Positions 42,364 to 56,000 of a DNA stretch of 64,000 bases are shown here, one piece after another. Source of the stretch: the human T2T-CHM13v2.0 reference genome, Homo sapiens. Where the stretch lies: assembly GCF_009914755.1 (NCBI RefSeq), contig NC_060928.1. One strand, written 5' to 3'. The notes below the pieces were generated by a model. The model was not told where the DNA came from, searched no databases, and saw nothing but the letters and a program-made list of their open reading frames with translations. The translations under genes were made by a program, and so were the position numbers. Numbering within the stretch: position 1 is the stretch's first letter; the number at the start of each line of letters is the position of its first letter.

Positions 42364-42426
42364 TTTTTTTTGACAGGATCTCCCCCTGTCCCACAGGCTG
42401 TAGCACAGTGGCACAATCTCAGCACC
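42364..42426 (-). mobile_element. Last Alu 3'-end fragment (type B) in the window
   Basis: ttttttttgacaggatctccccctgtcccacaggctgtagcacagtggcacaatctcagcacc. Confidence 0.88.
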
Positions 42427-45400
42427 CATTCTATTCTATTCCATTCCATTCCATTCCACTCCATTCCATTCCATTCCATTCCATTCCATTCCATTGCATT
42501 CCAGTCCTCTCCATTCCATTAGCTTCCATTCCTCTCCATTCCATTCCACTCCAGTCTATTCCTTTCCACTCCAGTCCACTCCATTCCACTACAATCCACT
42601 CAATTTCACTCCATTCCAAACCATTCCACTCCTTTCCATTTTATTGCACTCCACTCCATTCCATTCCACTCCAGTCCATTCCATTCCATTCCACTCCATT
42701 CAATTTCTCTCCATTCCATTCCATTCCATTCCATTAAACCCCAATCCATTCCCCTCCACTCAATGCCACTCCACTCCACTTCCCTCCATTGCATTCCATT
42801 TCATTCCATTACACTCCATTCCATTCCATTCCACTCCATTCCAGTCCATTTCATTCCTCTCCTCTCCACTCTATTCCACTCCATTCCAATCCATTCCATT
42901 CCAGACAACTCCATTCCAATCCACTCCATTTCACTCCTCTCCATTTCACTCCACTCCACTATACACCACTCCAGTCCACTCCATTCCATTATATTCCACT
43001 CCATTCCACTCCACTCCAGTCCACTCCATTCTCCTCCACTCTGCTCCATTCAATTCAACTCCCCTCCGTACAACTCCACTCAACTCCATTCCACTCCACT
43101 CCTTTCCATTCCATTCCATTCCACTGCACTCCATTCCAATCCACTTCACTCCATTCCACTTCTCTCCTTTCCAATCCACTCCATTCCATTCCTTTCCAAT
43201 CCATTCCATTCCACTACATTCCATTCCACTCTACTCCACTCCATTCCACTCTATTTCATTCCATTCCATTCTATTATATTCTTCTCCTCTCCACTCCATT
43301 CCATTCCAATCCATTATATATTCTTCTCCTCTCCACTCCATTCCATTCCATTCCATTCCATTTCTTTCCCCTCCACTCCACTCAACTCCATTCCATTCCT
43401 TTCCATTCCAATCCATTCCAAGCATCTCCATTCCATCCCTCTCCACTGCATTCCATTCAACTCTACTCCATTCCATTGCACTCCAAACCATTCCATTCCT
43501 TTCAACTCCATTTCACTGCATTGCCCGCCATTGCACTCCACTCCTCTCCATTCCACTCCATTCCATTCCATTCAACTCCATTCCACTCCATTCCATTCTA
43601 TTCCATTTCATTCCACTCCATTCAACTCCATTCCTTTCCATTCCATTCCATTCCATTCCATTCCACTCCATTCCATTCCACTCCATTGCATTCCAATCCA
43701 CTGAATACCATTCCATTTCACATCATTCCATTCCACTCCATTCCATTCCATTTCACTCCATTCCACTGCATTACACTCCTTTCCGTTCCAGGGGACTCCA
43801 CAACAATCTACTCCAATCCATTCCAATCCATTCCACTCCACTCCACAGCAATCTTCTCCATTCCATTTCATTAAATTCCATTCCATTCGACTCCACTCCA
43901 CTGCACTCCACTCCTTCCCATTCCATTCTATTCCCCTCCACACCACACCAATCCATTCCACTCCACTCCACTGCAATCCACTCCACTCCACTGCAAACCA
44001 CTCCACTCCACTCCATTTGTCTCCACTACATTCCACTCCACTCCAATCATCTCCACTCCTCTTCACTCCACTCCATTCCACTCCCCCACATCCCATTCCA
44101 TTCCATTCTACCCCATTCAATTCCTTTCCATTCCATTCCGCTCCACCCCATTACTCTCCAGTCCACTCCATTCCACTCCACTCCATTCCACTCCAATCCA
44201 TTCTACTCCTCTCCATTCCACTCCCCACCATTCCACTCGAATCCGTTCCATTCTATTCCTTTGCATTCCATTCCACTCCATTCTGTTCTATTACACTTCC
44301 CTCCATTGCACTCCACTCCACTCAACTCCACACAAATCCACTGCACACCAGTCCACTCCATTCCATTCCATTCCTTTTCATTACATTCCATTCCACTCCA
44401 CTAAATTCCATTCCATTCCATTCAATTCCACACCACTCCATTCCATTGCAGTCCACTCCAATCCACTCTGTTCCCTTCCATTACATTCCACTCCACTCCA
44501 CTCCATTCCAATCCATCCAATACACTCCATTCCATTCCACTCCACTTCATTCCATTTCCACTGTACTCCATTCCATTCACCTCCATTTCATTCGATAAAA
44601 TTCCATTTCATTGTGTTCCATTCTCTTCCCTTCCATTCCATTCCATTCCACTAAATTCCGCCCCATTCCACTCCACTCCACTACATTCCACTCAACTCCC
44701 CTCCGTTCCCCTCCAGTCGACACCACTCCACTTGACTTCATTGCAGTCCATTCCATTCCATTCCATTCTATTCCCTTCCACTCTATTCCCTCCATTCCAG
44801 TTCACTCCACTCCCCTCCACTCCATTCCAGTCCACTCCACTCCACACCACCCCACTCCACACCATTGCACTCCATTCCATTCCATTCCACTCCACTCCAC
44901 TCACTTCAAATCCAATCCATTACACTCCTCTTGGTTCAACTCCACTCATTCCATTCCATTCCATTTCCCTCAGTTCCATTCCACTACATGCCATTCCATT
45001 CCACTCCACTGTTTCCGCTCCATTCCACTACATTCCATTCCACTACTCTCCACTCCACACCACTCCATTTCACACCACTCCATTTCACACCACTCTGCTC
45101 CTTTTCATTCCATTCCATTCCATTCAACTCCACTCCATTCCATTCGACTGCATTCCATTCCATTCCAGTTCATTCTACTCCATTGCATTCCACTTCATTC
45201 CATTCCATTCCATTCCATTTCGTTTTACTCCAATCCATTCCATCCCATTCCATTTGACTCCATTCCGTTCCACTCCACTCCGTTCTGTGCCACTCCACTC
45301 CATTACACTGCATTCCATGCCATTACATTCTACTCCGCTCCACTCTACTCCACTCTTCTCCATTCCATTTCACTCCACTCCACTCCATTCCATTCCATTC

Positions 45401-48400
45401 CCTTCCATTTCATTCAGCTCCATTCCATTCCATTCCATTCTATTCCATTCCATTCTACCCCAATCCATTCCTTTCCATTCCATTGCACTCCACTCTGTTC
45501 GATTCCGTTCCCCTCCATTCTACTCCACTACTTTCCATTACATTCCAAACGAATCCACACCACTCCGCTCGATTCCACTCCATTCCATTCCATTCCTTTC
45601 ATTTCCACTCCTCTCCACTCCACACCATTCTATTCAATTCCATTCCACTCAACTCCACTCCATTCCACTCCACTCCACTCATTTCACCACACTCCTCTCC
45701 ATTCTATTCCATTCCACTCCATTCCATTCCACTCCACTCCATTCCATTTCACTCCATTCCATTCCACTCCACTTCCCTCCACTCCATTACACTCCAATGC
45801 ACTCCACTCCACTCCATTGCACTCCATTTCATTCCATTCCATTCCACTCAACTCCACTCCAATGCATTCCACTCCACTCCATTCTACTCCACTCCATTCC
45901 ATTCTGTTCCATTAAATGCCATTCCATTCCACTCCACTACGTTGCATTCCACTCCACTCTTTCCACTCAATAACACTCCATTCCATTACACTCCATTCCA
46001 TTACACTCCCCTCCACTCCTCTCCATTCCATTCCATTCAAATCCACTCCATTCCATTCCATTCCAATCCATTCCATTCCACTACATTCCATTCTGTACCA
46101 ATACACTCCATTCCAAACCACTCCATTGCATTCCACTCCACTAAATTCCCGTCTTCTCCACTCCATTCCAATCCATTCCATTCCACTCCATTCCACTACA
46201 CTCCAATCCATTCCATTCCATTCTGTTCCACTCCATTCCATTCCAATCCATTCCATTCTGTTCCACCCCATTCCATTCCAATCCATTCCATCCCAATCCA
46301 TTCCACTCCATTCCATTCCACTCCAGTCCATTCCATTTCACTCCATTCCACTCCATTTCACTCCACTCCATTCCACTCCATTGCAGTCCATCCCTCTCAC
46401 GTCACTCCACTTCACTCCACTCCACTGCATTCCATTCGATTCCACTCGAATCCTCTCCACTCCACTCCTCTCCATTCCGTTCCATTAAATTCCATTCTCC
46501 TCCACTCCACTCCAGGCTACACCACTCCACTCTGTTCCATTTTACTCCATTCCATTCCCTTCCACCCCACTCCATTCAATTCCAATCCATTCCGTTGATT
46601 CCACGCCACTGCATTCCATTCTACTTCACTTCAACCCATTCCATTCTACTCCATTCCATTCAATTGCATTCCATTCCACTCCACTCCACTAAATTACACT
46701 CCGCTCCATTCAAGTCCACTTCATTCCATTACTTTCCTCTCCATTCCATTCCACTCCACCCGACTCCACTGTACTCCACAATACTAAATTTCATTCAATT
46801 CCACTACACTCTTTCATTCCATGCCATTCCACCCCTATACATTCCCCTCCACTCCACACCACTCCACTCCGATTCACTCATTCCATTCCTTTCAATTCCA
46901 TTATACTCCATTCCATTCCATTACACTACACTGCACTCTATTTCATTCCATTCCACTACACTCTATTCCACTCAATTCCACTCCATTCCATTCCATTCCA
47001 CTCCCCTCCATTCCACATCACTCGACTATACTCCACACCACTCTATGCCATTCCTTTATATTCCACTCCAATCCACTGCACTCTAGTCCACTCCATTCTA
47101 CTCCACTCTACTCCATACCATTCCACTCCAATCCATTCCACTCCACTCCAGTCCACTCCACTCCTTTCCATTCCATTCCATTCCACTCGATTCCACCCCA
47201 TTCCACTCCACTCCACTCCATTCAACTTCTCTCCATTCCAATCCACTCCATTCCATTCCATTCCAATCCAGTCCATTACACGCTGCTCCGTTTCATTCCA
47301 CTCTACTCCATTATTCTATATTTCACTAAATTTCATTCCATTCCATTCCTGTTCATCCACTCCATTCCATTCCATTCTATTCCCATCCACTCCACTCAAT
47401 TCCATTCCATTCCATTGCATTCCATTCCATTCCATTCCATGCCATTCCACACCACTGCATTCCTTTCCATTCCGTTCCAATCCATTCCATGCCACTCCAT
47501 TCCATTCCACTCCTCTGCATTGTATCCAGCTCCACTCCATTCCATTCCACTCCACACCATTCCATTCCTCCCCATTCCAATTCACTGCATTCCACTCCAT
47601 TGTAATCCACTCCATTCCATTCCATTCCATTCCATTCCATTCCATTCCATTCCATTCCATTCCATTCAACTCCAAACCAGTCCATTCCATTCTATTCCAT
47701 ACGATTACACTCCATTCCATTCCATTTCATTCCATTCCACTACATTCCATTCCGTACCTTTCCACTCCATTGCATTCCACTCCATTGCATTTCACTCCAA
47801 TACATTCTAATCCACTCCACTCCATCCCAATCCCTTCCATTCCACTCAATTTCACTCCAATCGATTCCATTCCAGTCCGTTCCACTCCACTCCATTCCAT
47901 TCCACTCCACTCCACTTCATTACACTCCATTCCATTCCACTCCACTCCACTCCATTACACTCCATTACATTCCACTCCACTCCACTCCAATACCCTCCAT
48001 CCCATTCCTGTCTATTCCACTTCTTTCCACCACACTCCTTTCCATTCCACTCCATTCCATTCCATCCCACGCCAGTCCACTTCACTCCACTCCACTCTGT
48101 TCCATTCCATTCCATTCCACTCAACTCCACTCCATTCCACTCCACTCCACTCCATTCCACTCCACTCCTCTCCATTCCATCTCCATTCCATTCTATTGCT
48201 CTCTATTCCATTTCTTTCCTCTCCACTCCATTCCATTCCACTCCACTCCATTCCAATGCACTACATTTCATTCCATTCCAACCCATTCCATTCCATTCCA
48301 TAGCATTCCACTCCACTCCATTTCATTCCCTTCCATTGCACTTCATTCCATAGTACTCCAGTCTATTCATTTCCATTCAACTCCACCACAATCCACTCCA

Positions 48401-49639
48401 CTACAATCCACTCCATTCCACTCCATTCATATTTTTCCACTCTATTCCATTTTATTGCACTCCACTCCATTCCATTCCACTCCACTCCTTTCCATTCCTC
48501 TCCACTCCATTCGTTTCCCCTCCATTCCATACCATTCCATACCACACGAAACCATTACTCTCAAGTACACCCTACTCCACTCCACATCACTCCATTCCAT
48601 TCCATTACACTCCGTTTCATTCTATTCCACTGCACTCCATTCCATTTCATTCCACTCCACTCCACTGCATTCCACTCCATTCCACTCCAATCTATTCCAT
48701 TCCATTCCACTCCAATCCATTATACTGCACTCCACTCCATTCCATTTCATTATATTCCACTCCACTCCAGTCCACTCCATTCTCCTCCACTCCACTCCAT
48801 TCAATTTCACTAATCTCCATTCCACTCCACTCCATTCCACTCCACTCCACTCCTTTGCATTCCATTCCATTCCACTCCATTCCATTCTACTCCACTCCAC
48901 TCCATACCACTTCTCTCCTTTCCAGTCCACTCCATTCCATTCTTTTCAAATCCATTCCATTCTACTCCACTCCATTCCATTACTTTCGACTCCATTCCAC
49001 TATATTTCACTCCATTCCATGCTATTCCATTCTTCTCCTCTCCACTGCATTCCATTCCTTTCCATTCCATTCCCCTCCACTCCACTCAATTCCATTCCAT
49101 TCAATTCCATTTCATTCCATACCACTCCATTCTTTTCCACTCCATTCCAATCCGTCCCATGCCACTCCATTCCATTGCACTCCTCTGTATTCCATTCATT
49201 TCTACTCCATTCAATTCCACTCCATTCCATTCTACTCCACTCCACTCCCATCCATTCCATTCCATTCTACAACACTCCATTCCTTTCCATTGTATTCCAT
49301 TCCATTGCACTCCATTCCATTCCTCTACATTCCATTCCGTTCCGTTCCACTCCATTCCATTCCACTGCATTGCATTCCTCACCACTACATACCAATCCAC
49401 TCCACTCCATTCAACTCCATTTCATTCCCCTCCATTCCACTCCAAACCATTCCCTTCCATTCCATACTCCCCTTCACTCCACTGCACTCCACTCCAATAT
49501 GTTCCATTCCATTCCATTCCACTCCACTCCACTCCACTTCAATAAATTCCAATCCACTCGATTTCACTCCACTGCACTCCATTCCATTCAACTCCATTCC
49601 ATTCCGTATCTTTCCACTGCAAAGCACTCATTTGTATTC

Positions 49640-50050
49640 CATTCCATTCCATTCCATTCCACTCAACTGTACTCCATTCGAATCTGCTTCACTAAATTCC
49701 ACTCCACTCCACTCTGTTTCACCACAATCGACACCACTCCTCTCCATTCCTTTCCATTCCATTCCACTCCTCTCCACTCGATTCCATTCCATTCCACTCC
49801 ACTCCACTGCATTCCATTCCATTCCACTCAACTCCACTCCATTCCACTCCACTCCATTCCATTGCATTCCACTGAAATACACTCCGTTCGACTCGGCTTC
49901 ACTAAATTCCACCCCACTCCACTCCCTTCCACCCCAATCGACACCACTCCTCTCCATTCCATTCCATTCCGTTCCATTCCTTTCCATTCCTTTCCGTTCC
50001 ACTCCACTCCACTCCACTCCACTCCACTCCATTCCATTCCACTCAACTCC
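49640..50050 (+). repeat. Tandem duplication, 210-bp unit
   Basis: cttcactaaattcc at 49687/49897 and caatcgacaccactcctctcc at 49725/49935; related copy near 51016. Confidence 0.85.
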
Positions 50051-53000
50051 CCTCCATTCCACTCCGCTCCATTCATTTCCACTCCACTCCACTTCATTCC
50101 GTTGCATTCCACTCCATTCCATTCCACTCTACTCCATTCCAGTACACTCCATTCCAGTACACTCCAACCCCCTCCACTCCATTCCACTCCACTCCACTCC
50201 TCTCCACTCCACTCCATTGCACTCCATTCCATTCCTTTCCATTCCACTCCATTCCATTTAATTCCATTCCACTCCATTCCATTCCACTCCATTCCATTCC
50301 ATTCTACTCCATTCCATTCCATGCCATTCCATTCCATTCCATTCCATTCCATTGCACTCCACTCCATTCCTTTCCATTCCTTTGCACTCCACTTTGTTCC
50401 ATTCCATTCCCCTCAATTCTACTCAGCTACCTTCCATTCCTTTCCCCTCAATTATACTCAATTAAATTCCATTCCATTCCAATCGATTACAAACCCTCCC
50501 CTCCATTCCACTCCATTCCATCCCTCTCCATTCCACTCTACTGCATTCCATTCCCCTCCATTCTATTCCACACGACTCCATTCCAACCCACACCACGCCA
50601 TTACATTCTAATGCACTCCACTCCAATCCAATCCATTCCATTCCATTCCATTCCATTCTACTCCTTTCCATTTCATTCCATTCCATTCCAATACTCTAAA
50701 TTTCATTCCATTCTATTCCACTCCATACCATTCCACTACAGTACATACCTTTCCACTCCATTACACTCCACTCCATTCCATTCAACTCCACTCCATTCCA
50801 CTGAACTCCACTCCATTCTACTCAACTCTACTCCATTCCACTCCATTCCATTCTATTGCACTCCATGCCATTCCTTTCCTCTCCACTCCATTCTATTCCA
50901 CTGCACTCCATTCCATTCATCTCCATTCCATTCCATAACTTTCCACTCCAGTACATTCATTTATATTCCATTCCATTCCATTCCATTCCACTCAACTGCA
51001 CTCCATTGGACTCCACTTCACTAAATACAACTCCACTCCACTCCGTTCTAACCCAATCGACACCACTCCCGTCCACTCCATTCCATTCCATTCTATTCCA
51101 TTCCACTCATCTCCACTCCATTCCATTCCATTCCACTCAACTCCACTCCATTCCACTCCACTCCATTCATTTCCACTCCACTCCACTCCATTCCATTCCA
51201 CTCCATTCCATTCCACTCCACTCCATTCCAGTACACTCCATTCCATTCCACTCCATTCCAGTACACTCCATTCCATTCCACTCCATTTCCCTCCAATCCA
51301 TTCCATTCCACTCCACTCTACTCCATTGCGCTCCACCCCATTACTCTCCATTCCATTCCATTCCATTCCACTCCACTCCTTTCCAACTGACTCCATTCCA
51401 CTCCACTCCACTCCATTCCTTTCCATTCCATTGCACTCCACTCTACTCCATTCCATTCCACTCCATTCCAATACATTTCTCTCTATTCCATTGCATTCTA
51501 CTCCACGCCATCCCTTTCTAATCCAATCCATTCCATTCCATGCAATTCCATTCCTTTCCACGCTATTCCCTTCCATTCCACTCCACTCCATTTCATTCCA
51601 CTTCACTGCAATCCATTCCATTCCATGCGACTCCATTCCATTTCAATCCACTCCATTCCTTTCCACTCCACTCCATTCCACTCCATTCCAATCCATTCCA
51701 CTCCACTCCACTCCACTCCACTCCAATCCACTCTAATCCACTCCACTCCATTCAATTCCAATCCACTCCACTCCATTGTATTACATTGTATTCCATTCCA
51801 TTCCATTCAACTCCATTACATTCCATTCCATTCCACTTCATTCCTTTCCACTCCCTTGCACTCCACTTTTGCCATTCCATTCCCGTCAATTATACTCAAT
51901 TACGTTCCGTTCCTTTCCCTTCAATTCTTCTCAACTATGTTACATTCCATTCCAATCGATTCCAAGCCCCTCCCCTCCATTTCACTCCATTCTCTTCCTC
52001 TCCATTCCTTTCCACTCCATTCTATTCCACTCCATTCTATTCTACACCACTCCATTCCGAACCACTCCACGCCATTACATTCAAATCCACTCCACTCCAC
52101 TCCATTCCATTCCATTCCTTTCCATTCCATTCCATTCCATTCCACTCCATTCCACTCCATTCCCTTCCATTCCATTCCACTCCATTCCATTCCACTCCAT
52201 TCCATTCCTTTCCATTCCACTACTCTCCATTTCATTCCATTCCATTCCACTCCATACCATTCCCCAACCGTCCTTTCCTTTCTACTCCATTACACTCCAC
52301 TCCATTCCATTCAACTCCCCTCCATTCTACTAAATTCCACTCCATTCCACTCCATTCCATTGTATTGCAGTCTACGCCATTCCTTTCCTCTCCACCAGAT
52401 TCCATTCCACTCCAGTCCATTCCATTCCACTCCATTCCATTTCATTCCATTTCACTCCATTCCATTGCATTGCACTCCTCTCCATTTCATTCCCCTCCAT
52501 TCCTCTCCATTCCATTCAACTCCTGTCTATTCCTTTCCACTCCACTCCACTCCACTCCTTTCCACTACAATCCACTCCATTCCACTCCATTCCAATCCAT
52601 TCCACTCCATCCTGTTTTATTGCACTTCAATCCATTCTATTCCACTCCACTCCTTTACATTCCACTCCTCTACATTCAATTCCAGTCCATTTCATTCCAT
52701 TCCCTTCCACCCCAGTCCAATTGCCTCCACTCCACACCACTCCACTCAACTTCCATTCCCTTCTATTCGATTCCATTCCATTCTATTCCGTTCCATTCCA
52801 TTCCATTCCATTACACTCCATTCCATTCTATTCTAATCCACTCAAATCCAATCCACTCCAATCGTCTCCATTTCATTCCACTCGATTCCACTCTATTCTA
52901 CTCCATTCCACTCCATTCCATTCCATTCCACTCCTCTCCATTCCACTCAACTGCACCATACTGCACTCCACTCCATTCCATTATATTCCACTCCACTCCA

Positions 53001-56000
53001 CTCCAGTCCACTCCATTCTCTTCCACTCCACTCCATTAAATTCCACTCCACTCCATTCTACTCTACTCTACTCCATTCCACTCCTCTCCTTTCCATTCCA
53101 TTCCATTCCACTCTACTCCATTCTAATCCAGTCCCCTCCATTCCACTTCTCTCCATTCCAATCCAGTCCATTCCATTACATTCCAATCCATGCCATTCAA
53201 CTCCACTCCATTCCAATCCTCTCCAATCCATTCCACTCTATTTCACTCAATTGCATTCCATTCCATTCTTCTCCTCTCCATTCAGTTCCACTCCATCCAT
53301 TCCATTCCATTCCATTCCATTCCATTCCATTCCATTCCATTCCATTCCATTCCATTGCATTCCATTCCATTCCCTTCCACTCCACTCAATTCCATTCCTT
53401 TCCATTCCATTCCATTCCATTCTATTCCATTCCATTTCACACTACTCCATTCCTTTCCACTCCATTCCAATCCATTCCATGAAACTCCATTCCTTTCCAC
53501 TCTCTTGGATTCCATTCATCTTTACTCCATTCCTTTCCACTCCACAACATTCCGTTTCTCTCCACTCCATTTGACCCCATTCCAATCCATTTCATTCCAC
53601 TCCACTCCACTCCATTCCATTCCATTCAACTCCACTCCATTCCTTTCCATTCTATTCCATTCCATTCCACTCCACTGCCTTCCATTCCGGTCTGTTCCAC
53701 TCCATTCTATTCAATTCCATTTCATTCCACTCCACTACATACCAATCCTCTCCATTCATTTCCACTCCATTCCATTCCACTCCTATCCACTCCACTCCAT
53801 TCCACTCCACTCCATTTCATGGCATTCCACTCCATTCCATTGCACGCCATTCCAGATCAATCTACTCCGCTCCATTCCAATCCATTCCACTCTTCTCCAC
53901 TCCAATCGTCTCCGTTCCATTCCATTAAATTCCGTTCCATTTGACACCACTCCACTGCCCTCCATTCCATCCCATTCTATTCCATTCCACTCCACAACAT
54001 TTAATTCCACTACACTCCACAGCCATCCACTCCACTAGACTCCGTTCGACTCCACTCCACTAAACTCCATTCCACTCCATTCCAATCCACTCTATTCCTC
54101 TCGATTACACTCCAACACATCCCATTCCATTCCATTAAATCCCATTGCATGCCATTCCATTCCACTTCACCCCATTACCCTCCAGTCCACTGCATTCCAC
54201 TCCACTCCATTCCACTCCTCTTCATTCTACTCCTCTAAATTCCAATCCACTCCATTGGACTACTCTCCATTCCATTCAATTCCTTTGAATTCCATTCCAC
54301 TCCATTCCATTCTATTACTCTTCAGTCCATTGCTCCCCACTCCACTACACTCCGCACCAATCCACTGCACACCAGTCCACTCCATTCCATTCCATTCTTT
54401 TCCATTACTTTCCATTTCACTCCACTCCACTCCATTCCATACCATCCCATTCGTTTCCACACCCCTCCACTCCAATGCTCTCCACTACAATCCACTCTGT
54501 TCCCTTCCATTCCACACCATTACACTCCTCTCCAATCCATTCCACTCCACTCCATTCCATTCAACTACACTCCATTCCATTCAACTCCATTTCATTACAT
54601 AGCTTTCCACTCCATTGCATTCGATTCTATTCCATTCCAATCAATTCCACACCATTCTATTCCACTCCAATACATTCCACTCCACTCCACTCCAATCGAC
54701 CTCACTCCACTACACTCCATTCAATTTCATTCTGTTCCATTCCTTTCCACTCCACTCCAGTCCATTCTATTCCATTCCATTCCACTGAACTCCACTTCAT
54801 TCCACTGAACTCCACTCATTTCCCCTCCACTCCACTCCGTTCCATTCCATTCCACTCCATTCCATTCCACTACACTCCATTCCAGTTCACTCTATACCAT
54901 TCCATTCCACTACACTCCACTCCATTACACTCCACTCCATTCAACTCCACTCCATTCCTTTCCATTTCATTTCACTCAGTTCCATTACACTCCACTCCAT
55001 TCCATTCCACTCCATTCTTTTCACTCCATTCCACTCCATTCCATTCCACTCCACTCCACTCCACTCCATTCCATTCCACTCTGTTCCATTCCATTTCATT
55101 CTTCTCCATTACATTCCATTCCACTCCATTCCATTCCACTCCATTACATGCCACTCCATTCCATTCCATTCCATGCCACTCCATTCCATTCCACTCCATT
55201 CCACTCCATTCCACTCCACTCCATTCAATTCCCCTCCACTCCATTCCATTCCACTCCAAACCATTCCATTCTATTCCATTCGACTCCATTTTATTCCACT
55301 CCACTCCATTCCGTTCTACTCCTCTCCATTCCACTGCATTCCACACCATTACATTCTACTCCAATCCACTTTACTCCACTCCACTCCACTCCATTGCATT
55401 CCACTCAACTCCACTCCATTCCATTCCATTCCATTCCTTTCCACTCCATTCCAATCCATTCCATTCTATTCCCTTCCATTCTACTCCCCTCCATTCCATT
55501 CCATTCCATTGCATGGCACTCTGTTCAATTCCATTACCCCCCATTCTACTCCACTACTTTCCATTCCATTCCAAACGATTCCAAACCACTCCACTCGGTT
55601 CCACTCCATTCCATTCCACACCATTCCACTCCACTGCTTTCTGTTCCCCTCCATTCCATTCTACTCCACTCCTTTCCAATCCACTCCACTGCATTTCATT
55701 CTATTCTACGGCACTCCACACCATTCCGTTCCATTCCATTTCTTTCCATTCCATTACACTATTCTCCATTTCATTCATTTCCATTCCTATCCATTCCATT
55801 ACTCTCTAGTGCATTCCTTTCAACTCTACTCTACTCCATTCCACTTTCTTCCATTCCAGTACATTCCTTTCTATTCCATTAAACACCACTACACTCCACT
55901 CCACTCAATTGCATTCCTCTCCACTCCCTTCCATTCCACTCCAATCCATTCCATTCAATTCCACTACTTACCACTCCATTCCACTCCATTCCATTCCAGT

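Larger units (their letters stand above)
18451..42426 (-). mobile_element. Domain II: ~40 interspersed derived (type B) antisense Alu 3'-end fragments
   Basis: Type B consensus on +: TTTCTTTCGACAGGATCTCCCTCTGTCACACAGGCTGTAG(C/T)(G/A)CAGTGGCACAATCTCAGCACCC, usually without the ATTTCATTTCACC tail. Approximate starts: 18451,18875,19195,19924,20646,20905,21524,22399,23153,23741,24155,24299,25043,25680,26064,26567,27232,27371,27867,28061,29223,29602,30093,30942,31081,31979,32148,33194,34566(truncated),35165,35856,36533,37187,38379(truncated),38883,39404,39705,40960(truncated),41435,42364. Confidence 0.88.

Noticed and set aside
53-42426. CRISPR-like look of conserved repeats separated by variable spacers
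   Set aside because: The repeats are Alu-derived and diverged, the spacers are satellite of very variable length, there are no cas genes, and the context is eukaryotic.
53-42426. Independent or active Alu insertions, or 7SL-like ncRNA genes
   Set aside because: Only the 3' ~55 nt are present, with no A/B boxes, TSDs or real poly-A, and the ends are shared across copies.
43785-43810. Isolated G-run ccaggggactcc in the Alu-free domain
   Set aside because: It is too short, has no Alu similarity, and is compatible with local substitutions in the pentamer frame.
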